DNA from: Negativicutes bacterium
GTDB lineage: Bacteria; Bacillota; Negativicutes; UBA1444
Assembly (NCBI GenBank): GCA_963665275.2
Contig: CAXXIN010000012.1
Span: 84,330 to 148,329, forward strand
Length of the DNA: 64,000 bases
Direction of reading: 5' to 3'
The notes under the pieces were generated by a model. It saw only the letters and a program-made list of their open reading frames with translations. It was not told the origin of the DNA and ran no database searches. Position numbers and translations under genes: made by a program. The first letter of the stretch is position 1. Every line of letters starts with the position of its first letter. Of the stretch, positions 27,889 through 38,032 are shown piece by piece.

Positions 27889-28449
27889 TTATTCCTGAAT
27901 GTACGGAGCCTGCCCGACTTTGTAAAAATCCTTGCCTTCCGCATCCATAACTACGATGACCGGGAAATCTTCCACGACCATGCTGGCAATCGCTTCCGGA
28001 CCGAGGTCCGCATAAGCCAGTACTTTGTACTCTTTGACCCGTTTGGCAATAAGCGCCCCTGCGCCGCCTACGGCGGCAAAATATACCACACCGTGTTTTT
28101 TCATGGCATCAACGACTGCCTGGCTCCGGTTGCCTTTGCCGATCATTCCCCGCAGCCCTTCTTCAATCAACCGGGGCGTGTAGCTGTCCATGCGCCCGGA
28201 GGTGGTAGGACCAGCCGATCCGATCGGTTCGCCGGGCTTGGCGGGTGAGGGACCAACATAGTAGACTACTTGATTTTTCAGATCAACCGGTAGAGGCTCC
28301 CCTCTGTTCAAGGCTTCCACCATCAGCTTGTGCGCCGCATCGCGGGCGGCAATGATCGTTCCTGAAATCAATACGCTGTCGCCGGCTTTCAGTGAGCGGG
28401 CAACGGATTCATCAAAAGGAGCAGTGATACGGATCGGTTCTTTAGCCAT
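27889..28449 (-). CDS. class I fumarate hydratase / tartrate dehydratase family beta subunit
   Basis: RDAAH, GPTTSGRMD, IGKG, LGPEAI. Confidence 0.92.
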   Translation of the reverse strand: MAKEPIRITAPFDESVARSLKAGDSVLISGTIIAARDAAHKLMVEALNRGEPLPVDLKNQVVYYVGPSPAKPGEPIGSAGPTTSGRMDSYTPRLIEEGLRGMIGKGNRSQAVVDAMKKHGVVYFAAVGGAGALIAKRVKEYKVLAYADLGPEAIASMVVEDFPVIVVMDAEGKDFYKVGQAPYIQE

Positions 28450-28463
28450 GTTCCCCATCCCTC

Positions 28464-29309
28464 CTACAACTCTACTTCGGCATGCCGGGCTGCATGGCAG
28501 TTGATGTTGACAGCTACCGGCAGGCTGGCGATGTGAGTGGGATACCATTCGATGTTGACTTTCAGCGCAGTCGTAAGACCGCCGAGTCCCTGCGGCCCAA
28601 TGCCGGTCTTGTTGATCAGCGTCAGTAGTTCCTCTTCCAGCGCAGCATAACGTTCATCAGCGTTTCGGCTGGTGATATCCCTCGCTGCGGCGCGTTTGGA
28701 GCAAATAGCCGCCATTTCCATGGTGCCGCCCAGTCCCACTCCCACAACCATCGGCGGGCAGGAGTTGGATCCGGCTGCTTTCACGACTTCCAGAACGAAC
28801 TTCTTCACTCCGGCGACTCCGTCGGCCGGAACCATCATTTTGACGGCGCTTTTGTTCTCCGAGCCGGCCCCTTTGGGCGCCAGTTTGATTTTCACTTTGT
28901 CACCCGGCACGATACGGGTGTGGATCACTGCAGGAGTGTTGTTCTTGGTGTTTTTGCGGTCGAACAGGGGCTCCGCTACAGCGGATTTGCGCAGATAGTA
29001 GTCGACATAGCCCTTGGCCACTCCCGCATGAATCGCTTCATCCAGAGCACCGCCGGTGAGATGAACATCCTGGCCGACATCGATGAACACGATGGCCAAC
29101 CCGGTATCCTGACAAATCGGCATGTCTTCGTTGCGGGCTATGTCAGCGTTCTCCATCAATTGGCCGATAATTTCCTGGCCACTGGGGGATGGTTCGCTGG
29201 CCCGGGCTTTCTGAAACGCCTCATAAACATCCTTTGGCAGATAACAGTTGGCTTGCTTGGCCAGTTCAGCCACGGCTGCCGTAATCTGGGAAACAGGCAA
29301 TTCACGCAT
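28464..29309 (-). CDS. class I fumarate hydratase / tartrate dehydratase family alpha subunit
   Basis: PICQDTG, KGAGSEN (fumarase-like), CPP, THIA, NCHAARH. Confidence 0.92.
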   Translation of the reverse strand: MRELPVSQITAAVAELAKQANCYLPKDVYEAFQKARASEPSPSGQEIIGQLMENADIARNEDMPICQDTGLAIVFIDVGQDVHLTGGALDEAIHAGVAKGYVDYYLRKSAVAEPLFDRKNTKNNTPAVIHTRIVPGDKVKIKLAPKGAGSENKSAVKMMVPADGVAGVKKFVLEVVKAAGSNSCPPMVVGVGLGGTMEMAAICSKRAAARDITSRNADERYAALEEELLTLINKTGIGPQGLGGLTTALKVNIEWYPTHIASLPVAVNINCHAARHAEVEL

Positions 29310-29373
29310 AAACGATCCTTCCTTTCCACATTTTCATATCGTCGCTTTGATCCCGGTTATTTGAAAGCTCGAC

Positions 29374-30777
29374 TTACCAGAGGCCGAGAACCTTCCACCA
29401 GAAAGAGCCGAAGCCGATGAAAATAACCATGTTGACAACTGAAATGACAAAGCCGAGCTTCCACCACGTTCCCTGTGGAGTATAGCCGGCGCCGAAATAA
29501 ATCGGTGCGGGCCCGGTAGAGTAGTGGGTCAATCCACCAAACAAAGCAGAGATAACGCCCAGTCCCATTGCGGCGAGGAAGGGGGGCGCACCGGTTCCGA
29601 CTGCTACAGCCAAAAACGCAGCATACATGGCTGTAACGTGAGCCGACAGACTGGCGAATGCATAGTGGGAATACATGTAAACAGCCAGAAGGATGCCGAG
29701 TGCGGCCATCCAGGAGATGCCGGCCAATGACGCACCAACCAGTTTGGCAAACCAGGCGATAAGGCCGACTTTGTTCAAGGCCCCGGCCATACTAATCAGG
29801 CCGCCCATCCAGATAAGAGTATCCCATGCGCCCTTTTCTTCGAGAACGTCTTTCCATTCAATGGCCTGTCCCAAAAGCATGAGACCGACGCAGACAACGG
29901 CAACAACTGTGGCATTCAGCTTGGTGTATCCCGAAGTTGCCCAGAGGACAAGCGCCAACACGAACACGCCAGCCACGACCTTTTCACCGAAGGACATGGG
30001 ACCCATTTTCGCAATTTCGGTGCTTGCAATATTTTTCGCCTCAGGAGTTTTAATGATTTCCGGCGGGTAAATTTTATACATGATATACGGCATTACCGCC
30101 AGCGCGATTAATCCAGGCAGAACGGCCGCCATAGCCCAGGTTCCCCAGTTCAGGTCGACTTTGGCTGTCTGCATGGCCATTGCCGCCACCAAGGTATTCG
30201 GTGCGACAGAGGTCAGGAACATAGCCGAAGTGATGGTATTGCCCTGAAAGGCGGTTGTCATGAGGTAGGCGCCGAGTTTGCGGGAACTCGGTCCCGGTTC
30301 GGAGCCAAATGCCGCAGCCAGACTGCGGACAATCGGATACATGATGCCGCCGCCACGGGCGGTATTGGAAGGAGTGGCAGGGGAAATGATCAGGTCGCTG
30401 AGCACCAGGGCGTAGCCGAGTTTCAACGAGCTGTCACCAATGGCTCCCATGATCTTGTAGGCGATACGCCGCCCAAGGCCGGTTTTGATAAAACCCTTTG
30501 CAAATAGGAAGGCGGACACGATCAGCCACATGGTGACATCGCCGAATCCAACCAAAATCTCTGCTGGTGACATGACTTTCAGCAGGGCCGCCGCGCCAAG
30601 CGCGATAAAGGCGACCGCGCCGATGGGGAGAGGCTGCAGAATAAAACCGAGGATCGTCGCGGTAAATACCGCAAACAGATGCCACGCCTGCGGTTTCAGG
30701 CCGGCCGGGGTCGGAATGAACCAGATGATGAGTCCTACAACAATAGCGATGAGTCCGTTTCTCAGGTTCTTGTTCAT
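29374..30777 (-). CDS. DASS family di/tricarboxylate transporter (CitT/TtdT-like)
   Basis: TGLGRRIAY, PSNTARGGG, TSAMFLT, LTHY.TGPAPI, WWKVLGLW. Confidence 0.93.
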   Translation of the reverse strand: MNKNLRNGLIAIVVGLIIWFIPTPAGLKPQAWHLFAVFTATILGFILQPLPIGAVAFIALGAAALLKVMSPAEILVGFGDVTMWLIVSAFLFAKGFIKTGLGRRIAYKIMGAIGDSSLKLGYALVLSDLIISPATPSNTARGGGIMYPIVRSLAAAFGSEPGPSSRKLGAYLMTTAFQGNTITSAMFLTSVAPNTLVAAMAMQTAKVDLNWGTWAMAAVLPGLIALAVMPYIMYKIYPPEIIKTPEAKNIASTEIAKMGPMSFGEKVVAGVFVLALVLWATSGYTKLNATVVAVVCVGLMLLGQAIEWKDVLEEKGAWDTLIWMGGLISMAGALNKVGLIAWFAKLVGASLAGISWMAALGILLAVYMYSHYAFASLSAHVTAMYAAFLAVAVGTGAPPFLAAMGLGVISALFGGLTHYSTGPAPIYFGAGYTPQGTWWKLGFVISVVNMVIFIGFGSFWWKVLGLW

Positions 30778-30947
30778 GTATTCTCCTCCTTTTTAATAGT
30801 AAAATAAATTCGCCTGAATTTGCATTCCCCATTGATCAAATTCGCGAATCTTAGGATGACAAAAACAAAAGATAAAGATTTCAGAATTTCACTTACATTT
30901 ACTATAACATTCAGACTCTTCATTAATCCAATATATGAAGAACATGA

Positions 30948-30964
30948 TATAATAAATTATTATA
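30948..30964. promoter_or_regulatory. possible LysR recognition site
   Basis: AT-rich dyad TATAAT-AAATT-ATTATA containing T-N11-A, between the divergent DASS and LysR genes. Confidence 0.35.
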
Positions 30965-30994
30965 ATGATTCATCCGAAAGAGCGAGGGCAATTC

Positions 30995-31909
30995 ATGGAA
31001 ATAAGACAGCTAGAGTATTTTGTTTCCGTTGTGGAGACCAGCAGTTTTACCCGCGCGGCGGAAAAGCAATATGTCAGCCAGCCTTGCATTACTCACTCCA
31101 TCCGAAAATTGGAGGAGAATCTCGGCGTCGATTTGTTCGACCGCAGTCAAAAAAAAGCCGTGCTGACCGATGAAGGCAAATTGTTTTACACACGCGCCTG
31201 CAAACTCTTGCACGATATGCAGGATACCATGACCGAGATGAATGACTTGCGCACCCTGGCCAAAGGAACGATCAAGCTGGCAATCCCGCCGATGATAGGT
31301 TCCTGCCTGTTTCCATATCTTTTTACCAGTTTTCAGACCCAGTACCCTCACCTGACGCTGAATGTTTATGAGGAAGGTTCCTTTGCCGCCAACCGCTTGA
31401 TCGAGCAGGAAGAGCTCGATTTGGGCATCATCATTCTGCCGGAAGAAAATCTGGGAACTCTTGAGACAGTTCGACTGACCGAGCAGGAAATCCTGCTGAC
31501 GGTTTCGCGGAACCACCCGCTCGCAAAAGCGAAGTCAGTCACTTTTGCCGATTTGCGTCAGGAAAAATTCATCTTGCTGAAAAACAACTTTTTCCAGCGT
31601 CATGCGGTTCTGAAACGTTGCCAGGAAGAAGGGGTAGAACCTCAAATTGTGTTCAACTCGGGGCAGATCGAAACGGTGAAATCGCTGGTTTCTCATGGCG
31701 TAGGCATTTCATTCCTGATGCGGATGGCGCTTGAGGGGTTAGTGGAAATCGTCGGGGTCCCGCTCAACCCTCCCATTCATGTACAAATCGGCCTGGCCTG
31801 GAAAAAGGGGCGGCAGTTATCCCCCTCGTCCCGAGCTTTTATTAACTTGGTTTCCTCGCAAACGGAGAATGCACTGTCACTGCCAATGGAGCGTACAGTC
31901 GCCCGTTAG
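30995..31909 (+). CDS. LysR family transcriptional regulator
   Basis: MEIRQLEYF...SFTRAAEKQYVSQP...LEENLGVDLFDR. Confidence 0.95.
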   Translation: MEIRQLEYFVSVVETSSFTRAAEKQYVSQPCITHSIRKLEENLGVDLFDRSQKKAVLTDEGKLFYTRACKLLHDMQDTMTEMNDLRTLAKGTIKLAIPPMIGSCLFPYLFTSFQTQYPHLTLNVYEEGSFAANRLIEQEELDLGIIILPEENLGTLETVRLTEQEILLTVSRNHPLAKAKSVTFADLRQEKFILLKNNFFQRHAVLKRCQEEGVEPQIVFNSGQIETVKSLVSHGVGISFLMRMALEGLVEIVGVPLNPPIHVQIGLAWKKGRQLSPSSRAFINLVSSQTENALSLPMERTVAR

Positions 31910-31936
31910 AACAATCTACTCTGAGATAACTAGTGT

Positions 31937-31982
31937 AAAAGGCGCGGCCTTCCGTCAGGAGGACCGCGTCTTTATTTATTTA
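31937..31982. terminator. probable bidirectional terminator
   Basis: AAAAGGCGCGG...CCGCGTCTTTATTTATTT between convergent genes. Confidence 0.6.
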
Positions 31983-31991
31983 AACTGATAG

Positions 31992-32504
31992 CTAATCCTG
32001 TCCGTACTGTTTCTTGATCAGAGGTTTGATTCCGCCGCTGTCGAGAATGTTCATCACATAATCGGACAAGGGCTGCGCCTGTGCCGTGGCCCCGGTCGTT
32101 TCATTCGTCACTTTGCCTGTGGTCATGTCCACGGTCAATTGATCGCCACGTTTGACGATTGCACTGATTCCGGGGCAAACGATCAACGGCACGCCGAGAT
32201 TGATGACATTGCGATAAAAAATCCGGCCGAAGGAATCTGCGAGAATCGCACCGACTCCCGCGGCTTTGAGCGTAACGGCGGCATGCTCCCGGCTGGAGCC
32301 GCAGCCGAAGTTGGTAGACGCCACAATGAGATCGCCGTTCTGAACTTCTTTCACGAAGTTCGGATCTGCGCCTTCCATCGCATGTTTGCCAACCTGATCG
32401 GGATCCGTAAGGTCAAGAAACCGGCCCGGATAAATCTGGTCGGTGTCGATATTCGGTCCATAGACGAAGGCTTTTCCTGTCAATACCTTTTGCACAATTC
32501 TCAC
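31992..32504 (-). CDS. 3-isopropylmalate dehydratase/homoaconitase family small subunit (LeuD/DmdB-like)
   Basis: NIDTDQIYPG, NFGCGSSREHA, FGRIFYRN. Confidence 0.92.
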   Translation of the reverse strand: MRIVQKVLTGKAFVYGPNIDTDQIYPGRFLDLTDPDQVGKHAMEGADPNFVKEVQNGDLIVASTNFGCGSSREHAAVTLKAAGVGAILADSFGRIFYRNVINLGVPLIVCPGISAIVKRGDQLTVDMTTGKVTNETTGATAQAQPLSDYVMNILDSGGIKPLIKKQYGQD

Positions 32505-32506
32505 CC

Positions 32507-33760
32507 CTACTTCAGATATTCGGTTGGATCAACGATTTTCCCCTCAAGCGCCGCAGCAGCGACGGAAGCTGGCGATCCCAGATAAATATTCGCCTTGCCA
32601 GAGCCCATACGGCCGGGGAAATTCCTACTGGAAGCGGTGATACAGGTTTCGCCTGAGCCCAACATCCCTTCGTGCGTTCCCAGACAGGCTGCGCAACCGG
32701 GTGTGACGAACGTAGCTCCAGCTTCAACCAACGTTTTCATCGTGCCGTTGGCCATTGCTTCCAGCAAAACAGCTTTGGAGGCCGGGACCACAATGAAACG
32801 GGTGTGGGGGTTTATTTTTTTGCCCTGCAGAATTCCGGCGGCGATCGCAAGGTCGTCAGCGCGACCGCCTGTGCAGGTACCGAGGAAAGCCTGATTTACA
32901 GGTGTTCCAATGTATTTTGCAATGGGAGCTACATTATCAACGCTGTGCGGTGCGGCGATTTGCGGCGTCATTCCGGTCACGTCAAAGGTATGCTCTGCTG
33001 CATATTTGTAGCCAGGATCCGTTGTGAAAATTTCGTATTCGTGCTGAACTTTTCCCTTCAGGAACTCCAATGTGATCTCATCCGGTTGGATATAGGCGGT
33101 TTTTGCGCCCAGCTCGGTCGTCATGTTGCACAGTGCCATCCGTTCGGATACGCTGAGTTGTTTGAGAACCGGGCCTGTAAATTCCACCGCCTTGTAAACG
33201 CCATAGTCTGCGCCCAGCTCTCCAATAACCTTGAGAATGACGTCCTTGGCATACACGCCTTTGGGGAGCGTTCCGTCAAGCTCTATGCGAATGATCTCAG
33301 GGATGCGGAACCAAAGCTGGCCCGTCACCATGATAATGGCCAGATCTGTAGCACCAACGCCAGTTCCGAAAGCGCCAAATGCTCCGTGGATGGTGGTGTG
33401 GGAGTCAGTGATGACCAGCACCTGCCCTGGATAGACAAGTCCTTTATCGGCCATGACCTGGTGGCACACGCCCTGGTCTACGTCCATCAACAGGTCGATC
33501 CCCTGTTCCCAGCAAAATTCGCGGAAAAGTTTCTGATTGTCTGCCTGCATGATCGTTGAAGCCGGCGCATAGTGATCCAGGAACACCACGACTTTTTTCG
33601 GATCGTAAACTTTTTTGCCGCCCATTTCGTGAAACGAGCGAATGGTTTGCAAGTATAAATCGTTGATCCCTGCCATGTCTACCTTGCAATTAACGATTTC
33701 GCCTGTTGTAACCGTCGGTTTACCGGCCGCTTTGGCCAGGATTTTTTCTATTGCATGCAT
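32507..33760 (-). CDS. 3-isopropylmalate dehydratase/homoaconitase family large subunit (LeuC/DmdA-like)
   Basis: DHY, CHQV, DSHT, GTCTGGR and PGCAACLG (three Fe-S Cys), RNFPGRMG. Confidence 0.92.
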   Translation of the reverse strand: MHAIEKILAKAAGKPTVTTGEIVNCKVDMAGINDLYLQTIRSFHEMGGKKVYDPKKVVVFLDHYAPASTIMQADNQKLFREFCWEQGIDLLMDVDQGVCHQVMADKGLVYPGQVLVITDSHTTIHGAFGAFGTGVGATDLAIIMVTGQLWFRIPEIIRIELDGTLPKGVYAKDVILKVIGELGADYGVYKAVEFTGPVLKQLSVSERMALCNMTTELGAKTAYIQPDEITLEFLKGKVQHEYEIFTTDPGYKYAAEHTFDVTGMTPQIAAPHSVDNVAPIAKYIGTPVNQAFLGTCTGGRADDLAIAAGILQGKKINPHTRFIVVPASKAVLLEAMANGTMKTLVEAGATFVTPGCAACLGTHEGMLGSGETCITASSRNFPGRMGSGKANIYLGSPASVAAAALEGKIVDPTEYLK

Positions 33761-33780
33761 GAAACAGCATACCTCCTTGT

Positions 33781-35052
33781 TTACTTTGTGGGTCTGGCAT
33801 TAAGAGGAACTGTGATCGCACCCATAGGCATCAACGTAATCGTCGGTTTGGGTCCGAGTTTTTTATAGGCAAGCTCCAGGGCTTCTTCGATACTCTTGGC
33901 TGGTGTAAATAAAAGCATCTGCGAAAAATCCGGCTCCATGCAGGATACCAGGATAAACTGGGCTTTCTTCATCAGACGGGTTACTGCGTAAGCCTTGTGG
34001 GCACCAATTTCAAAGTTTTTTCGCAGCGCAGTCTCGATCCCCTCCGGCGTCTTGTGTTCTTTCATCATTTTTTCATACTGAGCGGAGCCCGAACCCTCGC
34101 GGCACTCGCCGAGAATGATGACCACGCCGCCTTCCTTAACGGCGCACCAGGCGTTGTCCATAGTCTTTTGCAGCTGATACACGTTAATGTCCTTCGGGAA
34201 CCCGCCGCAGGACGCAATGACAAGATCAGCTTCCTGTTTCACTTGGGCGCCATACACTTTGTCAACCATCTTGCAGGCTTCCTTGTGAGCCTCGATATAA
34301 TCGCCTGCATATACCGCAAGGAACCGTTTTTCCTCATCAAGTACGATGTTGATCAGGAATGAAGGCCGACACATTTCCACACCTTCGACTTGATCATGAT
34401 ACACCGGATTCCCTTCCAGTTTACCGATCACAGCATTCGCGTCGAACATCATGCTGTGGTTGTGGCGGATGGTTTCATAGGCAGCCACTCCAGGCAACAT
34501 CGCCTTGCGGCCGCCGCCGAAGCCGGAGAAAAAGTGATGCACGATACCGCCGGTGCAGATAATATGGTCCACTTCCGTCACGAGTTTGCTGAAACCGACC
34601 TTCGTTCCCCGTGAAGTCGTGCCAAAATATTGAAGTGTGCTTTCATCGTGACAGTCGGGATTATACATCTTCACCCTTTTGGCAACTGCTTCGCCGACTT
34701 CCTCCACCATTTCCGCTTCGGTCATCGCCCGGTGGGTTCCCAGAGCAAAAACGATTCGCATGTTGGCGTCCGGAATTCCGGCCGCATTCAGTTCATCCAT
34801 CATTACAGGCAAGAACACATAGCTTTTGGCAATCCGGGTAGGATCGTTAACGATAAATGCTACGGTCTGTCCTGGTTTCACAATGTCCCTCAATGCAGGA
34901 GTTCCGATCGGATTACGGATAGCCTCAAGTACTGCCGCCGCCGGATCAGGAAGCGCCGGGAATTCGTTGATAACCAGTTCGTCCAATACCAGTGCCGGAT
35001 CAAGCGAAAACTTCACTTCGCCTTTGCCATAATGCATACTATACTCTTTCAT
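33781..35052 (-). CDS. larA: nickel-pincer-dependent lactate racemase (LarA) family protein
   Basis: NDPTR, ALGTHR, HHFFSGFGGGRK, HNH, DINVYQLQK, IGAHKA. Confidence 0.9.
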   Translation of the reverse strand: MKEYSMHYGKGEVKFSLDPALVLDELVINEFPALPDPAAAVLEAIRNPIGTPALRDIVKPGQTVAFIVNDPTRIAKSYVFLPVMMDELNAAGIPDANMRIVFALGTHRAMTEAEMVEEVGEAVAKRVKMYNPDCHDESTLQYFGTTSRGTKVGFSKLVTEVDHIICTGGIVHHFFSGFGGGRKAMLPGVAAYETIRHNHSMMFDANAVIGKLEGNPVYHDQVEGVEMCRPSFLINIVLDEEKRFLAVYAGDYIEAHKEACKMVDKVYGAQVKQEADLVIASCGGFPKDINVYQLQKTMDNAWCAVKEGGVVIILGECREGSGSAQYEKMMKEHKTPEGIETALRKNFEIGAHKAYAVTRLMKKAQFILVSCMEPDFSQMLLFTPAKSIEEALELAYKKLGPKPTITLMPMGAITVPLNARPTK

Positions 35053-35173
35053 TCGTTTCCGTCCTTTCATTCATGGATTTTACAGGTTTCTTCCTGTTTT
35101 CTCCTCTGTTTGCCATCACATCCTTATCAGCTCTTGTCCATTTTGTCAAAATTATCAACTAATTTATTTACTA

Positions 35174-35189
35174 TGCAAAAATGATGCCA
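35174..35189 (-). promoter_or_regulatory. sigma54 (-24/-12) promoter of the larA-leuCD-like operon
   Basis: TGGCAT-CATTT-TTGCA on the minus strand, next to a divergent sigma54 activator. Confidence 0.8.
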
Positions 35190-35232
35190 ACACTGTTTTT
35201 GCGCCTATTTCAGGGATATTACCAAACATTCG

Positions 35233-35280
35233 TGTTGCACTGAAACATTTTTCGAGCTATGATTGTTTCATAACGTTTCA
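35233..35280. promoter_or_regulatory. putative upstream activator sites for the PrpR-like regulator
   Basis: Near-palindrome TGTTGCA-c-TGAAACA (35233-35247) and GTTTCA half-sites at 35265-35280. Confidence 0.5.
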
Positions 35281-35303
35281 TTATGTCGCACGGGAGGTTT
35301 CCG

Positions 35304-37178
35304 ATGATTGTTTTCATGGCCCCGGATGAAGAAATATTCGCCACCGCCCAAGCAACTTTATCGTCCCGCCATCCTGATATCCGAATCGAGAAGGGACTCC
35401 TGAGCGCAGGCGTTGTCCGCGCCCGCGAATTGGCGGGCCAAGGCGTGGAAATCATCATCACGCGCGGCGGAACCGCTTCCGCCATTAAAGAAGCCCTGCC
35501 GGACATGATCGTAGTCGAAGTCCCCATCACCGGATTCGACGTTCTGCGCACGGTAGAGGAAGCCAGTCGTCATGGCCGTCGCATCGGAGTGGTCGCGTTT
35601 CCTTCGATGGTCATCGGAATCGACTGCCTGGCGCCGATTTTGGATGTGGAACTTCGCCACTATCTCCTGCAAAACGAATTCGAAGCAGACTCCCGCGTCC
35701 TTGAGGCGATTCACGCGGGAGCCGAAGTTGTGATCGGCGGCGTCATCACCGGACAGGCAGCGCGCAAGCATAACGTTCCCTACTTTCGGATTCGCAGCGG
35801 CGCCGAAGGTATTTTGCAGTCCGCACTGGAAGCAAAACGGATTTTTGAAGCCCGCTTGTTGGAGAAACTGAAAGGCACTCTGTTTCGCACCGTGCTGGAT
35901 TATTCTTACGAGGGAGTCGTATCCATCGACTCGGAACAGCGCATCGTCATTTTCAACCCTGTAGCAAGCCGAATCACTGGAATTGCGGCACAGGATGCCC
36001 TCGGAAAACAGATTGGCCAGGTCTTACCGCCGCTCAACCTGGACCGATTGCTGCATACCGGTCGCGAGGAACTCGGTCAAATCATCGAGTTGCACGGTAC
36101 GCAAATCCTCTGCAACAAACTTCCCATATTGGTCAATGAAAAAATAGCCGGTGTCGTCGCCACTTTTCAGGACACAGGAAAAATCCAGCAGTGGGAAGCC
36201 GCTATCCGTAAAAAAATTTATGCCGGCGGCCACACTGCCTCCTTTGAATTTTCCGATGTGATCGGCAGCAGCCGGGCCATACTCGATGCCGTCGCCGTCG
36301 CCAGGGAATTTGCCGCCACCGACTCGTCCGTTCTCATCACCGGCGAAACCGGCACAGGCAAAGAGGTCTTCGCGCAAAGCATCCACAACGCCAGCACACG
36401 CGCCCAAAAGCCCTTCGTGGCAATCAACTGCGCAGCTCTCCCCGCCCAGATCCTCGAAAGCGAACTGTTCGGCTACGTCGGGGGCGCCTTCACCGGCGCC
36501 AATCAAAAAGGAAAGCCCGGCCTGCTGGAAATCGCCCACGGCGGTTCACTATTCCTGGATGAGATTGGCGAGATGGATTATGCGATCCAAAGCAAATTGT
36601 TACGGGTAATTCAAGAAAAAAAAGTGATGCGGCTTGGCAGCGACCGGGTTCTTCCAGTCGATGTCCGCATCATCGCCGCCACCAATAAAAATTTAAAGCA
36701 GCGGGTATCGGAGCGTCAGTTCCGCGCCGATCTTTATTATCGTCTCAATGTTTTGCGTCTGCGTTTGCCGCCTCTGCGGGAACGCCGCGAAGATATCGGA
36801 GCTTTCGCCCGCAACCTATTGCGCCGTTTTGAAAAAAATCCCCTGCAGCCACTACAGTGGAGGACCGATTCTTTGGAACGCCTCACACAGTATGAATGGC
36901 CAGGGAATGTACGCGAACTGCAAAATACGGTCGAAAGGTTGGTGGCCGTCTGCCGGCAGCCGCTCATCCCCCCTGACCTCGTGACCCGGATGATGCGCGA
37001 CGATGACGACGAAGAAACTGCTGGCGTGACGGCGCTCGAGCCGATTGTCAATGGCGCCGAAGAAATCCGGCAAGCCTTGAAACAAACACGGGGCAAACAG
37101 CTGGAAGCCGCCCGGCTGCTCGGCATCAGCCGTTCCACCCTCTGGCGGCGCATGAAAGCTTTGGGTCTGCGCAACTAG
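35304..37178 (+). CDS. sigma54-dependent Fis-family activator (PrpR-N, PAS, AAA+, HTH)
   Basis: IITRGGTA (PrpR N-terminus), GETGTGKE, GAFTGA, FLDEI, WPGNVREL, LGISRSTLWRR. Confidence 0.93.
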   Translation: MIVFMAPDEEIFATAQATLSSRHPDIRIEKGLLSAGVVRARELAGQGVEIIITRGGTASAIKEALPDMIVVEVPITGFDVLRTVEEASRHGRRIGVVAFPSMVIGIDCLAPILDVELRHYLLQNEFEADSRVLEAIHAGAEVVIGGVITGQAARKHNVPYFRIRSGAEGILQSALEAKRIFEARLLEKLKGTLFRTVLDYSYEGVVSIDSEQRIVIFNPVASRITGIAAQDALGKQIGQVLPPLNLDRLLHTGREELGQIIELHGTQILCNKLPILVNEKIAGVVATFQDTGKIQQWEAAIRKKIYAGGHTASFEFSDVIGSSRAILDAVAVAREFAATDSSVLITGETGTGKEVFAQSIHNASTRAQKPFVAINCAALPAQILESELFGYVGGAFTGANQKGKPGLLEIAHGGSLFLDEIGEMDYAIQSKLLRVIQEKKVMRLGSDRVLPVDVRIIAATNKNLKQRVSERQFRADLYYRLNVLRLRLPPLRERREDIGAFARNLLRRFEKNPLQPLQWRTDSLERLTQYEWPGNVRELQNTVERLVAVCRQPLIPPDLVTRMMRDDDDEETAGVTALEPIVNGAEEIRQALKQTRGKQLEAARLLGISRSTLWRRMKALGLRN

Positions 37179-37210
37179 GACTGCTTGTCGGCGACCCATC
37201 CCAATCGTCT

Positions 37211-37981
37211 CTATTCTGCCTGATATCCGATCAAATCCTTAATGACTTCCCCGGCCAGAATCAGCCCTGCTACCGACGGAACAAATGAAATACTGCCGGG
37301 GATCTGGTTCCGAGTGGTACACGTCCGCGTGGACCCCGATGGGCACACACAATTCGCGCGACAGCCCGACTCAGCATTATCCTGCGGCTTCAGGGGCTTT
37401 TCCCTGGAATAAACTACCTTCTGAGACTTGATGCCGCGCGCCTTCAGCTCATAACGCATGACTTTTGCCAAAGGACACACCGAAGTCTTGAAAACATCCG
37501 CCACTTCAAACTGAGTCGGATCCATTTTGTTCCCCGCTCCCATACAGCTGATCACCCGGACTCCCTTCGCCTGGGCTCGCACGATGAGATCGATCTTCGC
37601 TGTTACCGTATCGATGGCATCGATAATATAGTCACATTCCGCGGCAAAGAACTCTTCGGCATTCTCCGGCAGATAAAACTTTTGAATGACTGCCACGTTT
37701 GCCTGCGGGTTTATCTCCAATATGCGTTCCTGCATCACTTCCACCTTGGGCCGGCTGATCGTCCGGGTCGTTGCGATCAGTTGCCTGTTGATATTCGTGA
37801 GGCAGACACAATCATCGTCAACCAGCGTCAGACGGCCCACCCCTGCGCGAGCCAATGCCTCCACCGCGAAACTTCCCACTCCGCCAATCCCGAACACCAT
37901 CACGTGGCTGGTAGACAATTTTTCCATTGCGGTCGACCCAATCAACATTTCAGTCCTTGAAAAAAAACCTGATCCAGCCAT
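37211..37981 (-). CDS. tcdA: tRNA threonylcarbamoyladenosine dehydratase (ThiF family)
   Basis: FGIGGVGS, TNINRQ, DAIDTVTAK, MGAGNK, CPLAK, VVYSRE, PGS.SFVPSVAG. Confidence 0.88.
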   Translation of the reverse strand: MAGSGFFSRTEMLIGSTAMEKLSTSHVMVFGIGGVGSFAVEALARAGVGRLTLVDDDCVCLTNINRQLIATTRTISRPKVEVMQERILEINPQANVAVIQKFYLPENAEEFFAAECDYIIDAIDTVTAKIDLIVRAQAKGVRVISCMGAGNKMDPTQFEVADVFKTSVCPLAKVMRYELKARGIKSQKVVYSREKPLKPQDNAESGCRANCVCPSGSTRTCTTRNQIPGSISFVPSVAGLILAGEVIKDLIGYQAE

Positions 37982-38032
37982 TCGAATAATCCGCCTCACT
38001 TTTCCCAGCCCTGCCTGAAGCATGGGCTTTTT

